Part shown: in pieces, positions 1-9,607 of the stretch
Layout of the letters: each line of letters begins with the position of its first letter
How positions within the stretch are numbered: the stretch's first letter is position 1
Virus record (IMG/VR): IMGVR_UViG_2645727901_000008
Strand: one strand, 5' to 3'
DNA: 64,000 bases
Origin: a virus
Lineage: Duplodnaviria > Heunggongvirae > Uroviricota > Caudoviricetes
Notes under the pieces: model-generated
What the model was told of the DNA's origin: nothing
The model's database searches: none
What the model saw: the letters and a program-made list of their open reading frames with translations, nothing else
Translations under genes and position numbers: made by a program

Positions 1-600
1 CTCGATGACACCAGCAAAGTCACCTGATACAAAGGAAGTGTTTTTGAGTACGTCATCAGCCAAAAATGCCTTCATCTCTGCATGTGGGAAGTAGGGCGCT
101 TTGTATTTGCCATACCCCACGTTGAACTCGCCATTTTGGTTGTACCGCGTTACGCCATTAAAACAGTGACGATTAAGGTACAAAAATGCGGCAGCATGAT
201 GTAGTTGGTCATACTTTCCTCTGTTAAATGCCTCACGCACTTCGAGGTAAGCGTCAGCGTTGTTGTAATTTTTGAAAAAACTATATGACAGCGTGACGAG
301 CGAATGTCCTTCTCGCTGCAATGTCTGATAGAAGTTAATCAGGTCACCGTTAATATCATTAAGCAGGTTGTGGCGAAATCCTGCATTCGTAAATACGGAA
401 CCGCCACCAACGAATGGTTCTATTAACCGCTTACCGTGTGGTAGATGCTCAAGCACTGTAGGCAATTCTGAGAATTTACCACCTACCCATTTGAATATCG
501 GACGCTCATATTCATCCGGAGTCCGAATGGTGCGCATATAGCTAATTTCAGCCATCGTATCCTGTTTTTCTATGGCTATGCTTGCTATAGATTTACTCAT
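1..600 (-). CDS. DNA N6-adenine methyltransferase, Dam family (partial; C-terminus beyond window start)
   Basis: ATG at 600 on minus strand. Translation [47 protein letters not shown]...EPFVGGGSVF has the Dam-type FxGxG region. Start overlaps stop of the upstream cytosine-MTase-like gene (ATGAGTAA). Confidence 0.7.
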   Translation of the reverse strand, partial: MSKSIASIAIEKQDTMAEISYMRTIRTPDEYERPIFKWVGGKFSELPTVLEHLPHGKRLIEPFVGGGSVFTNAGFRHNLLNDINGDLINFYQTLQREGHSLVTLSYSFFKNYNNADAYLEVREAFNRGKYDQLHHAAAFLYLNRHCFNGVTRYNQNGEFNVGYGKYKAPYFPHAEMKAFLADDVLKNTSFVSGDFAGVIE

Positions 601-1273
601 AGAGCACCCCCTTATTCGCTTCGAAAACTGCCTTTGCGAATCCATGTGGAGTAGCACTTCGAAAATTAGCCCTGTCAGGCCCTGGTGGCGCGGCATGGAT
701 TCTGTTATCTGGCTTGCCTAATGATTCGTCCATTAGGGCATCAGGCATGACAAAGCCCTGGCCGCTCCAGAGGCATGTTTTTTTTGTGTAGTTATCTTCC
801 TGACAATATGCAGTGAAGAAGTAAGGGTGAAAGATGTGATCTGGCTTACGCCAGAATGTCGATATTTTGCTGACCGGATTTTCAATCATGTACGGACAAC
901 CGATCATCTTTGCAATGTCATAACACTGCCAGACAACCTGCATTGCTTTGAACTGGAAAACCGGATCTTTATTAGCCTTGTCCGAAAACCAGCGCGCGCC
1001 GGAAACAGCCAGGTCAGTACACGGTGGGAACCCGGCCAGAAACACGATGCGCTGCAAATTCTTACGGAGAAAAGCGTATACTTCATCGCTATCGATGATC
1101 GCACTAATACGCGTCAGAACGGCACCTGATTGCATCCGCTCGTCACTGGTCGATAAGTGCTGTGGATCGACGATAGCGGCATCGACACCGTATTCCAGCC
1201 AGGGGGCAACCATTGCCCCCGTAAAATCACAAAGACTCACAACAAGCTGTCGGTTATTATCGTTCTGCTTCAC
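593..1273 (-). CDS. DNA (cytosine-5) methyltransferase-like protein, short form
   Basis: Motifs [11 protein letters not shown] (motif I-like), [13 protein letters not shown] (PC motif), YMIENPV (ENV motif). Probable GTG start at 1273; the ORF track extends it to ATG 1345 overlapping rdgC. Translationally coupled to the dam-like gene. Confidence 0.55.
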   Translation of the reverse strand: MKQNDNNRQLVVSLCDFTGAMVAPWLEYGVDAAIVDPQHLSTSDERMQSGAVLTRISAIIDSDEVYAFLRKNLQRIVFLAGFPPCTDLAVSGARWFSDKANKDPVFQFKAMQVVWQCYDIAKMIGCPYMIENPVSKISTFWRKPDHIFHPYFFTAYCQEDNYTKKTCLWSGQGFVMPDALMDESLGKPDNRIHAAPPGPDRANFRSATPHGFAKAVFEANKGVLYE

Positions 1274-2162
1274 CGCCAATGGCCTCCACCAGCGCGTTAA
1301 ACAGTGCAGATAATTCGCCCGTAAAGAGCACGAAATCAGCATCAAATCGTTGTGCTACATCCTCCCGGTCGATATCGTCGTTCTGGTCATAGAGATCATC
1401 ACAGAATGTCAGGGCTTTGATACTCATATCATCGTTGACTCTGAACGACGCACGGTCCATCCAGTTAATTGCAACGGTCGTAGCTACTTTCCCCGCCTCA
1501 ATGTGAGACATAATCTCGTCGGACTGTAGATCAACTTTGTTGCAGCGAACGGCACCACCATTATCGAGCAGACCCTTTAATGTGGCGTCTTCACCTGCTG
1601 TAAATCCGGCAGGGAAGCCGCTTTTAAACCACTCGGTCATTGTAATTTCCAGCGGTTCGCGTGGTGTGAATGGAATGACAGGCAGGCTGCCGAGCGACTT
1701 TCGCAATAAAGCCAGCTGGTCCTCTGCCTTTTTGGCGCTGCTTGCCTCAACGAATACCAGATGGTTGCTGCGGTCGATCAGGATTTTGGCGAGTGATTTT
1801 CTCGTGAACGCGCGAGGCAAAAGTGAATGCAGGACTTCATCTTTAAGACTGTCTCTTTCCGTTTTCTTCAGCTTGCGGGCTTGCTCTTCTTCGAGTTTCA
1901 GGACTTTTTTCTGCAACTCTTCCTTGAGCACCTGCGAGGGGAGAATTTTTTCTTCTCGCTTATGCTGTATTAGCAGAAAACCCTGGTATTCATGGGTGAG
2001 GTTGTCACCAAGAACAGGTGTCCAACCGACTTTAGCTGTGTCCTGAGAACCGCAAGGAGTAAACACGAATTTGCTAAGAGCATCGGATACTTCTGCGGCA
2101 CTCCAGTTAACTTCACGTGAAAGACGATAGATGAAGATGTTTTTGAAAGCGACTGATCTCAT
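1257..2162 (-). CDS. rdgC: recombination-associated protein RdgC
   Basis: N-terminus [25 protein letters not shown]...[17 protein letters not shown] matches the RdgC family signature. ATG at 2162 with GGTGA RBS. Confidence 0.8.
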   Translation of the reverse strand: MRSVAFKNIFIYRLSREVNWSAAEVSDALSKFVFTPCGSQDTAKVGWTPVLGDNLTHEYQGFLLIQHKREEKILPSQVLKEELQKKVLKLEEEQARKLKKTERDSLKDEVLHSLLPRAFTRKSLAKILIDRSNHLVFVEASSAKKAEDQLALLRKSLGSLPVIPFTPREPLEITMTEWFKSGFPAGFTAGEDATLKGLLDNGGAVRCNKVDLQSDEIMSHIEAGKVATTVAINWMDRASFRVNDDMSIKALTFCDDLYDQNDDIDREDVAQRFDADFVLFTGELSALFNALVEAIGGEAER

Positions 2163-2169
2163 GTTTCAC

Positions 2170-2211
2170 CAATTGTGTTAGAAAATTCTATTCAATTATC
2201 TAACACAATTG
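2170..2211. promoter_or_regulatory. 13-bp perfect inverted repeat CAATTGTGTTAGA-N16-TCTAACACAATTG immediately upstream of the rdgC start; carries the recurrent TGTTAGA/TCTAACA motif
   Basis: Read directly from the sequence. The arms are reverse complements. Confidence 0.6.
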
Positions 2212-2221
2212 GATGTGTTTT

Positions 2222-2875
2222 CTATCCCTTCTTGAAATCAAAGTTGCTTGCGATGGCCTGGAAGGTGCCTCCAGCCTTGAAATCAATATTTTCGTCGGCT
2301 GTCACAGTAATGTTTTTGCCATTAACGCTGATGTTATCGGCTGATTTGACGTTAACACTCCCTCCCGCATTCACTACTACATCAGCCGGACCAATGATGT
2401 ATATCTGCCCTGATTCATTCATTCCAATCCTTGAGCCTGCTGCCGTATTCGCTATTTCATATCCACCGCCAGCCGTTCGCACTTCGAGCACATTGTTGCG
2501 GTGAATCACGAAATCTTTTGTCGCCGAAAATTGCGGGCGGGGAGGCGCTCCGTCTACTTCTGGTGGCGTCCAGCCGCTACCATTGCCTGACGCCTCCGGC
2601 GCGACGTTTGGTACTCCTCCAGGCGCATCCTGAGCTGCGCCAACTATCATTGGGCGTCTGGTATCAATTCGACCATTAACATCCAGATAAGGAAACTCTA
2701 CCCATACCAGGTCGCCTTTTACTGTAGGTACAAACGCGTTACCTATGGGTAACAGGTATTCTGCCCAGGGTAGATCGTCATCAGGAACGCCATTCCAGTC
2801 TGGTAAAACACGGACCTGAGCACGCATAAGCCCTGCCGGGTGCACAGTTCCAACAATTTGCGCTCTACGCTTCAT
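2222..2875 (-). CDS. phage baseplate central spike/hub protein (gpV/gp5-like OB-fold plus beta-helix)
   Basis: IVGTVHPAGLMRAQVRVLPDW...LPWAEYLLPIG...GDLVWVEF pattern typical of gpV-type spikes, followed by a Gly/Asn-rich repetitive C-terminus. ATGA overlap with the upstream gene. Confidence 0.5.
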   Translation of the reverse strand: MKRRAQIVGTVHPAGLMRAQVRVLPDWNGVPDDDLPWAEYLLPIGNAFVPTVKGDLVWVEFPYLDVNGRIDTRRPMIVGAAQDAPGGVPNVAPEASGNGSGWTPPEVDGAPPRPQFSATKDFVIHRNNVLEVRTAGGGYEIANTAAGSRIGMNESGQIYIIGPADVVVNAGGSVNVKSADNISVNGKNITVTADENIDFKAGGTFQAIASNFDFKKG

Positions 2876-3852
2876 TTGTTCGGCACTCCTAATATCATTC
2901 GTGTTGTGTAGCCTACGCGGTCTTCAAAGTGCGCAACATTTTTTACTATCAGCTTGCGGGGCATTGATTCATCAATGCGGTTTTCCTGGTCATAGCGGTA
3001 TACGATAATCTCTATTACCATTCCCGGTTTTATATCCGGATTGCCTGCGACTTCTATATCCATTTTGGGGACGAGAGACAGCTGCATATTGCGAAGAGTT
3101 TCCATATCAGAATCGGATATATAACGCACTGGGAGTGAGCTATCGCCATATTCGACGTAGCCATCGGTCATGGAATACCCAACAAAACGATATTGATTCT
3201 TTGCTGTTGTCGCATGTTCCTGTTGGAGTAGGCGCATTTTGGACAAAGTGTATTCTGCTTTAGGGTTATTCCCCTCGTAGGTAAATGATGGCGTTTGCTT
3301 CATCAGATCAGCCAGGGTGTAAAAGTTAAATTCCCCACGGCATACCCAACATAATGCACCTTTGTCTCGCGCTATCTGCGAGAGCATTTTTGACGGTTTG
3401 TCACCGGCATTCAGATGATATGTAACTGCGCGTTTTAGCACGCTGCTGGTAATTTTAAGCTTGCCGGAATATGCCTTGAATATAGCGTCTGGTGTTTTGT
3501 TGGTATGTAAATTTGTGCGCGGGGAGGGGATCTTAAACCTGCGCACGTCTTCACTGACAGCAATAACGGTAACAACATCACCAGCCAGCATTGCAGACGT
3601 AACAAAGAAGTCTGTTTTAAAAGTGCCTGCATTACCGTTTGGATCGCCCATTTCAGCCACCAGCGATGCACCGTATTTGGCTTTCCAGTCATCAATTACG
3701 GTGCCGGTAGCGTCATGAATTTCCAGTTTTAGCAAAGGGGCTTTGAGGCTGGTTTTTTCTACATATACTGCGGTAAAAATCCAGTCTCGTGGCACTTTGT
3801 TATCGTTAATGAGCACTGACTGTAGAAAATATTGTTGTAACTCCTGGGCCAC
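2872..3852 (-). CDS. hypothetical phage morphogenesis protein (baseplate cluster)
   Basis: 326-aa ORF. GTG start at 3852 with GGGGTGA RBS. Start and stop coupled to neighbouring genes. Confidence 0.45.
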   Translation of the reverse strand: MAQELQQYFLQSVLINDNKVPRDWIFTAVYVEKTSLKAPLLKLEIHDATGTVIDDWKAKYGASLVAEMGDPNGNAGTFKTDFFVTSAMLAGDVVTVIAVSEDVRRFKIPSPRTNLHTNKTPDAIFKAYSGKLKITSSVLKRAVTYHLNAGDKPSKMLSQIARDKGALCWVCRGEFNFYTLADLMKQTPSFTYEGNNPKAEYTLSKMRLLQQEHATTAKNQYRFVGYSMTDGYVEYGDSSLPVRYISDSDMETLRNMQLSLVPKMDIEVAGNPDIKPGMVIEIIVYRYDQENRIDESMPRKLIVKNVAHFEDRVGYTTRMILGVPNK

Positions 3853-3855
3853 TTA

Positions 3856-4623
3856 TCACCCCATAGATATCGAGGTTTCGGTAATAATACGTTTTGCGTC
3901 CAACTCCCATGCTGTGATCACGTCTGCAATCACACTTATCGGCGCTTGTGTGGCATAAATACGCTCTTCTCCAATTGGTGCCGAAACATCCGTAAATCCG
4001 ACTTCTTTGGCATCCTGTATCGAGCAAATCAGCGGGACCGGGACACGAACAAGGTGAGTGGTTGCTTCAAATTGTGTACCTGTCATCAGGCGAAGCCGTG
4101 CGCCCAGCGAATTACACATCAGACTCATGGTCGCTTTATCAGTTGACATTAACGTAACGTCATACGTCAGAATGGCCTGGGTGTATTCCAGTTCTGCTAA
4201 AGGCATTCCGGTATCCGGTTCGCAAAAACTGGCTACTTTTTTGCGGTCAATCTGCTGATCATCGTTGATATAATTGATATCCATAGTGCGTGAGATATTG
4301 ACCAGGGGGAGAGCATCCCGGTTAATGTTCTGGTTTTCAGGTTTTCTCCCTTGCCCGGCATTTGCGCGACGAACTGCTTTAAGAAACTCGATCGCATTGT
4401 CGAAACGGGCCACATAGACACGCTCTGCTGGTGGACGATTCAGGAATGACGCAAAGCGTTTTTCTTCCGGCGCGGGGGCCACCAGTAAGATATCAGAAAA
4501 GATATTGCTGATTAGCGTAGCAAACGCGTTATCCACGTTTTCAAAGCCCGTGGTCTGGAATTTCCCTGTGCGTGAGGTTTGCCATTCACCTGTTCGCGCC
4601 AGGAGGGTTTTATTTGAAGTCAT
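3856..4623 (-). CDS. hypothetical phage morphogenesis protein
   Basis: 255-aa ORF. ATG at 4623 overlapping the upstream stop (ATGA). Confidence 0.45.
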   Translation of the reverse strand: MTSNKTLLARTGEWQTSRTGKFQTTGFENVDNAFATLISNIFSDILLVAPAPEEKRFASFLNRPPAERVYVARFDNAIEFLKAVRRANAGQGRKPENQNINRDALPLVNISRTMDINYINDDQQIDRKKVASFCEPDTGMPLAELEYTQAILTYDVTLMSTDKATMSLMCNSLGARLRLMTGTQFEATTHLVRVPVPLICSIQDAKEVGFTDVSAPIGEERIYATQAPISVIADVITAWELDAKRIITETSISMG

Positions 4624-5411
4624 TCGATCACTCCGTTTTGAGTCGTATCAAAATTCCTGGCAGGTATGCAGTAGTAAAGCGAACCAACATGCTGTGTGCC
4701 GTAGCTAAAAATACGGTGCACGTACCACCAGCGGCGGGCTACGCCGTTTACCATCTCTTCATTCCATTCAAGAATTGATCCGACGGGGACGTTATTTGCT
4801 GCAATACGCAGAATCAGAACATCATCGGTTAAGCCATCCTGCTCACCGTCTGCGTCAATCGCATGGAAAGAGTCACGCCCGTCCGGGTTATCCAGCACAT
4901 AAACGATTTCAGGTTCCTGGTAAGTCAGTTCGCGCTGGTTGTTATCCAGTTCAGTGAATGACTCTTCTCCTGTTTCGTCGCTGACTACCCCATATGTGCC
5001 AACATCTGGTCGATATAAGAGAGCCTGAAACGCGTCTGGGCTGGATTCAATAATCAGCATCCAGTCTGCGCGGATTTGGTCGTTAAAGGCTTTATGCCCG
5101 TTATAGCGTGCTTTTAGCTGTGGAGTTGGTTCTCTGCCAGCCAGGGAAGGTGGAAGTATGGCTATATCTGATTCGGCAGCATCCGGAGTAAGGCCAGCGT
5201 TGCTATCAGCAAAATTATCATGGCTATCAGCTTTGGCGGCGGGTTGCTCTTCCAGAATGCTGAATGAATCCGAACCGGTATTGCCATGTTCCGGCGCGCC
5301 TCCTGCATTCGCTTCAATCGGCGCTGGCGTTTCTCTCTGCGTGCTGTCATGTTCTGACTCATTACTTGCCAGGTTTGCATCGTCAGCAAACCATTCGTCA
5401 AAACGGCCCAT
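4620..5411 (-). CDS. hypothetical protein, first gene of the baseplate-like operon
   Basis: ORF runs 4620..5453. Best RBS (GAGGA-N5-ATG) supports the internal start MGRFDEW at 5411. Confidence 0.4.
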   Translation of the reverse strand: MGRFDEWFADDANLASNESEHDSTQRETPAPIEANAGGAPEHGNTGSDSFSILEEQPAAKADSHDNFADSNAGLTPDAAESDIAILPPSLAGREPTPQLKARYNGHKAFNDQIRADWMLIIESSPDAFQALLYRPDVGTYGVVSDETGEESFTELDNNQRELTYQEPEIVYVLDNPDGRDSFHAIDADGEQDGLTDDVLILRIAANNVPVGSILEWNEEMVNGVARRWWYVHRIFSYGTQHVGSLYYCIPARNFDTTQNGVIE

Positions 5412-5482
5412 AAGCATCCTCAAAGGTCGATTTATCAGGTATCGAGGGTGCATTGTCTGGAGATTGTGATTTCAATTCATAT

Positions 5483-5532
5483 CCCAACATGGGACTAAAG
5501 TGCTTTACATTGTCCCATATTGGGACTACTAT
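5483..5532 (+). promoter_or_regulatory. higBA promoter (TTTACA-N16-TACTAT) overlapped by two palindromic operators, TCCCAACATGGGA and GTCCCATATTGGGAC
   Basis: Read from the sequence. The palindromes flank and overlap the -35/-10 elements, as expected for HigA autoregulation. Confidence 0.55.
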
Positions 5533-5556
5533 ACTTTCAGAGAGAAGGAATCTGTG

Positions 5557-5859
5557 ATGAAAATAATTTCGGTAAAAACACTAAGGGATTTCTGGGCGAA
5601 GAATCCCGATGCAGAACAGCCATTAAAGGCATGGGTTGATGAAGCAACAAAGGCTGACTGGAAAAATCCGGCTGAGATCAAAGAACAGTACCGGACAGCC
5701 AGCATCCTTAAAAACAGGCGCGTGGTGTTCAATATTAAGGGAAATGATTACAGGTTAATTGTCGCAATTGCTTATCAGCGAGGATGGATGTTCGTTAAGT
5801 TTATTGGAACACATAAGGAATACGATGCCATTGAAGCGGATACAATAGAACTGGAGTAA
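5557..5859 (+). CDS. higB: type II toxin HigB (RelE/ParE superfamily mRNA interferase)
   Basis: MKIISVKTLRDFWAKNPD...FNIKGNDYRLIVAIAYQRGWMFVKFIGTHKEYDAI shows HigB-family conservation, including the THKEYD motif. Toxin-first gene order. Confidence 0.8.
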   Translation: MKIISVKTLRDFWAKNPDAEQPLKAWVDEATKADWKNPAEIKEQYRTASILKNRRVVFNIKGNDYRLIVAIAYQRGWMFVKFIGTHKEYDAIEADTIELE

Positions 5860-5862
5860 ATC

Positions 5863-6222
5863 ATGAACATTAAACCTATCCGTACAGAACAAGATTATGA
5901 GGCCGCACTGCGTGCGGTCGAACCGATGTTCGATAACGAACCGGAAATGAACACACCGGAAGGCGATTTCTTTGAAGTAATGTGCCTGCTCATTGAAGAG
6001 TACGAGAAAAAGCATTACCCAATTGAGCCACCATCACCTATTGAAGCCATTAAATTCCGTATGGAACAGCAAGGGCTGACCGTGAAGGATCTGGAACCGG
6101 CGATTGGTAAGTCAAATCGAGTTTACGAAGTGCTTAATGGGACACGAAATTTGACGTTACCTATGATTCGTCGTTTACATGCCCAGTTTGGTATTCCACT
6201 GGAAAGTCTGGTTGGTGTTTAA
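5863..6222 (+). CDS. higA: antitoxin HigA (XRE-family HTH)
   Basis: 119-aa protein starting 4 nt after the higB stop. C-terminal HTH-like region LTVKDLEPAIGKSNRVYEVLNGTRNLT. Confidence 0.75.
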   Translation: MNIKPIRTEQDYEAALRAVEPMFDNEPEMNTPEGDFFEVMCLLIEEYEKKHYPIEPPSPIEAIKFRMEQQGLTVKDLEPAIGKSNRVYEVLNGTRNLTLPMIRRLHAQFGIPLESLVGV

Positions 6223-6284
6223 GTTTGGCGGTCTGGAGGACCGCTTTTTATCTAAAATAAAAATTAGAAGGTTTGATAGCTTGT

Positions 6285-7022
6285 ATGGGCAAAAATTCAT
6301 CAACAGAAAACACATCTACAATTGACTCAATCAAGGGCACAATGGATGAAGCCATAAAAGATAAATTATTTAATAAATTATTTGCATATGTGGTGGTTTC
6401 ATTTTTTGTCGTTAATTGGCAAGAAATACTAATTTTGTTTAAATCTAAATATGATATATACACAACACTGTCTATAGTATGGGTAGGGGATAAATATCAA
6501 ATCCCTTATTTTGGAACCTTCATTGTATCTCCGTTTTTAGCTCACTTTGTGATGCCGTTTATATATGGCACTATTGCGTCCATAGTGATGCCTTATATTA
6601 CTATGCGTATATCAAAACTCACTGGTAGAAATTATGCGCAAATAAGATACATTGACCATGAATTTGACTCAGAAGAGAAAGCAAGAGTAAAGGCGTTGCT
6701 GAGAAACCTAAAGAAAAAAGAGGAAGAGCTTTTAAAATTAGAGGAACAAATAGAAGGTCAACAAAAAATACTGAATACAATCGAAGAAAAGAAGAGAGAG
6801 ATTGAGAGTGCCAGAGTGGCTCTGTATCACGGTATAAAAGTAATTGTTGATATATATAAAGCAAAAGATAAAAGGATTTCCACCAAAGAAGATTTTGCCG
6901 ATTTATTAAAAGCAATTGAAGAAAGTGATTTTTATAAAGACACTGGGTTGTGGGGTATTAATAAATTAATAGATGACGTGGAGACAATATATGAGTCTCA
7001 ATCGACATCAAAGGACAAGTAA
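6285..7022 (+). CDS. AT-rich membrane protein with 2-3 N-terminal TM helices and a long C-terminal coiled coil (unknown function; possible abortive-infection/exclusion protein)
   Basis: Hydrophobic stretches FAYVVVSFFVVNW and FGTFIVSPFLAHFVMPFIYGTIASIVMPYI, then a K/E-rich heptad region. Locally low GC. ATG at 6285. Confidence 0.45.
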   Translation: MGKNSSTENTSTIDSIKGTMDEAIKDKLFNKLFAYVVVSFFVVNWQEILILFKSKYDIYTTLSIVWVGDKYQIPYFGTFIVSPFLAHFVMPFIYGTIASIVMPYITMRISKLTGRNYAQIRYIDHEFDSEEKARVKALLRNLKKKEEELLKLEEQIEGQQKILNTIEEKKREIESARVALYHGIKVIVDIYKAKDKRISTKEDFADLLKAIEESDFYKDTGLWGINKLIDDVETIYESQSTSKDK

Positions 7023-7026
7023 TATA

Positions 7027-7051
7027 AAAGGCGGGATAACCGCCTTTGTTG
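7027..7051. terminator. bidirectional rho-independent terminator between convergent genes
   Basis: AAAGGCGGgataaCCGCCTTT hairpin followed by TTGTT. Confidence 0.6.
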
Positions 7052-7055
7052 TAAA

Positions 7056-8252
7056 TTAAGAACCTTTCTTCACATACTCCATGAACATTTTTTCAGCTTG
7101 TGCAGGTGGTGTTCCTGCCATGACCAGCGCATCAATGAACGCCTGCTTCTTCAGTGCGAACTGATCGGCCAGGCGTTGCTGAAGCTCCTTGTTTTTCTGT
7201 TTCTCACGTTGCAACGCCGCTTCTTTTGCTGCCGCCCGTTTTTTCTGTGCGTCTGACAACTTTCTGGCCTTGGTCAGTTGGTCACGTAGCTTGTCAATCT
7301 TGCCGTTGTCCTTTGCCAGTTTTGTGCTTAAAGCGGCCTGGCGCTTCTGATAGAGCCTCCATTCGCGCTTGGCAGCGTCAACGTTTGTTTTACTGTTGCG
7401 ATTGCGATTAAACTCCCTCTCGTCTTCTTTTGAGAAGTGTTTGGTTGTACGGCGGCGATCGTCACCAAATGCAATTTGCGTTGCGGCCTTTTGTAACGCA
7501 CGAGCAATACTCATTTGCCAACTAGCGGACTGTAACCGCGTCATTGAGTGGATCACGTGTTTACAGGCGACGCCTTGTAGCTTAGGGTTACGAACTTTTG
7601 GATAGGCGTATTCTTTTGGCGGGGCCAGGGCAAAGTTACCCGCAGTAGCGATGTAACGATACCAGTATTGATGACGACCACAGTCACAATCGAAAGACAC
7701 CCGCCCGGCGCACAGTGATTTAGTGATTTTCAGAGCTGATTTATCGTCTTCTGCGATGTCATCGACCATCTGATCCCATTCTTCAAAGCGTATCCGGACG
7801 ATATGGTGCTGGTGGACGGATATATCCGATGCTTCTACGCGGATATGAATCACGTTGTGGCGAAGAGATACGGGTGTAGCTCTTTTGATACCAGATCCGT
7901 CATCCACGGCGTTATTTGCACGCTTAATATCGATTGCCTGGCTGGATGCCACCAGCTGGGCGTATGTGATGCCAGCCGTCTTGCTGTCATATTTTTCGCG
8001 TGTTTTACTCCGTAGCTTTTCGAAACCTTTCAGGTCGTCTCGCGTGAAGAACGTGCCGCCTTTTTTCTTCCCTAACTTGAGAATATCTTCGGCGGATTTG
8101 TTCCTCAGTCTACCTGGCGTCAGCGTCCGGTGAGCTTGTCGGCGCTTACGGGTTTGTTCTTTCCTGATAAGGTCGAATAAACGCGTGAAGTCCTTAGAGG
8201 ACAGGCCGTCAGTGATATAGCGCCCGTCCTGGTTTTTCAGGAAATCAGGCAT
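7056..8252 (-). CDS. SWIM zinc-finger domain protein with a basic coiled-coil C-terminus
   Basis: CxC...CxH pattern (FDCDCGRHQYW...GVACKHVIH). ATG at 8252 with GGAGA RBS. Confidence 0.5.
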   Translation of the reverse strand: MPDFLKNQDGRYITDGLSSKDFTRLFDLIRKEQTRKRRQAHRTLTPGRLRNKSAEDILKLGKKKGGTFFTRDDLKGFEKLRSKTREKYDSKTAGITYAQLVASSQAIDIKRANNAVDDGSGIKRATPVSLRHNVIHIRVEASDISVHQHHIVRIRFEEWDQMVDDIAEDDKSALKITKSLCAGRVSFDCDCGRHQYWYRYIATAGNFALAPPKEYAYPKVRNPKLQGVACKHVIHSMTRLQSASWQMSIARALQKAATQIAFGDDRRRTTKHFSKEDEREFNRNRNSKTNVDAAKREWRLYQKRQAALSTKLAKDNGKIDKLRDQLTKARKLSDAQKKRAAAKEAALQREKQKNKELQQRLADQFALKKQAFIDALVMAGTPPAQAEKMFMEYVKKGS

Positions 8253-8574
8253 TTTCTATCTCCGGTTCCGCGCTCGCGTAATCACGGATCTTGTTCCTCA
8301 GCCATGCCACATCAGGAAGAGTTAACGTGGTCCCGGCGGGCATTTCTTCCATTTCTGACTCATGGCCCACCAGCACCCGGAATACCCAGCGCAAATCTGC
8401 ATTGCCATACGCCCTGTAGGCTGCAAGGTCTGAACGATATACTTCATCAATCTTTATCGTGTACTGGAAATTATCAGAGTGATACTCCGATACCCGCTTA
8501 ATCATTTCCTGGTGAAACAGCGCACGAAAAATATCGTCTTCAATGTACCTATCGTCGAGTCTGCTATAGCCCAT
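8245..8574 (-). CDS. hypothetical protein
   Basis: 109-aa ORF. GAGAGG RBS 8 nt upstream of ATG 8574. Overlaps the downstream gene start by 8 nt. Confidence 0.45.
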   Translation of the reverse strand: MGYSRLDDRYIEDDIFRALFHQEMIKRVSEYHSDNFQYTIKIDEVYRSDLAAYRAYGNADLRWVFRVLVGHESEMEEMPAGTTLTLPDVAWLRNKIRDYASAEPEIENA

Positions 8575-8767
8575 AACAAAGCCTCTCAGTCATAACATGG
8601 GGGAAACTGTATGCAGGGTGTGAAATGCGAGAAACAGACAGGCCACCAGTTCAGGGGGATGTGGTTCATAAATCCCCTCACTGGTGACAAGTGACTTTCA
8701 TTAATCTTTATGCGGGGGCCAGCTTCATTTGCTGGCATTAGATTAAAAATTAAACGGAGTGAATGAC

Positions 8768-8902
8768 ATGGATGTTATTCTAGAATTGTTAAAGCTTATT
8801 GATCTGTTTATGAACGCCTCATTGACCACTCAAATACTGGCGTCAATATTTTTGTTACTCTTCTACCTGGTATTGAGGGAGTTAACAAAGCTACTAATGT
8901 GA
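8768..8902 (+). CDS. small hydrophobic protein (44 aa), possible type I toxin-like or membrane peptide
   Basis: MDVILELLKLIDLFMNASLTTQILASIFLLLFYLVLRELTKLLM. GGAG RBS 9 nt upstream. Preceded by a structured untranslated region. Confidence 0.3.
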   Translation: MDVILELLKLIDLFMNASLTTQILASIFLLLFYLVLRELTKLLM

Positions 8903-9556
8903 TCAAAGTATCACGGTATCTTCATCAACTTCTTTCCCAGCCAGTGACTTTGGCTGGGAGGTGCCTGCTTTAACTTTTTCATGCCCAATAATGGAAAGGA
9001 ACGAAGCGAGTATGCCTGTTTTTTGCTCTTTCTCGACTGTACCGGTCATCTGCTCTACATAATCTGCACTGGCAACGTTGTGGTATACGGTCGCGTAGCA
9101 ACACAGGATCATCAGAATATGCTCCGGCCTGATATCCTGCCAGTTCACCCTGTAGACTTCTTCTCCGTTACCGTTGTATTCGGTATCAACGATAGAGTCG
9201 GGGATTTCGAAAGCACCTTTGTTATTTTGCGGCAGGGATAATAGTTTCTGGAGTTTTAACTCTCTGTATCTTTCCATCCCGACGATGATTGCTGCTCTTC
9301 CATCGGCATGACGGGTCTTGAGAGTCACCTGACTTGCTCCGGTGCCAGCGGAGATCGTTGGCGTAATTTCGTCTACCAGTACCTTAAATTTGCTTTTCCG
9401 CAGGGCTGCTATAGCTGGAGGAATTTTTTGCTTTTGCTCCAATGCTGACGCGGGAAGGGGTTTTACTTCGTTAATAATGAGAGCACCGTCTTTCAGTATT
9501 GCAGTGAGCATTTGAGGCTTGCTGGTGGTCAGGCTGAATATTGCGATCTTTTCCAT
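8903..9556 (-). CDS. hypothetical protein
   Basis: ORF 8903..9598. Strong GGAGGA RBS supports the ATG at 9556 (MEKIAIFSL...). Confidence 0.5.
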   Translation of the reverse strand: MEKIAIFSLTTSKPQMLTAILKDGALIINEVKPLPASALEQKQKIPPAIAALRKSKFKVLVDEITPTISAGTGASQVTLKTRHADGRAAIIVGMERYRELKLQKLLSLPQNNKGAFEIPDSIVDTEYNGNGEEVYRVNWQDIRPEHILMILCCYATVYHNVASADYVEQMTGTVEKEQKTGILASFLSIIGHEKVKAGTSQPKSLAGKEVDEDTVIL

Positions 9557-9583
9557 TGTCCTTCCTCCACGGATGACGGATAC

Positions 9584-9607
9584 AAAAAAAGGCCGCACAT
9601 GGCGGCC
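9584..9607 (-). terminator. rho-independent terminator-like hairpin (GGCCGCCATGTGCGGCC plus TTTTTTTG on minus strand)
   Basis: Read from the sequence. Lies just 5' of the 8903..9556 gene, so its functional role is unclear. Confidence 0.4.

Noticed and set aside
5500-5859. Extended 119-aa version of higB starting at 5500
   Set aside because: The upstream extension runs through the promoter and operator palindromes and uses a non-ATG start. The ATG at 5557, with an RBS and the conserved HigB N-terminus MKIISVK, is the real start.
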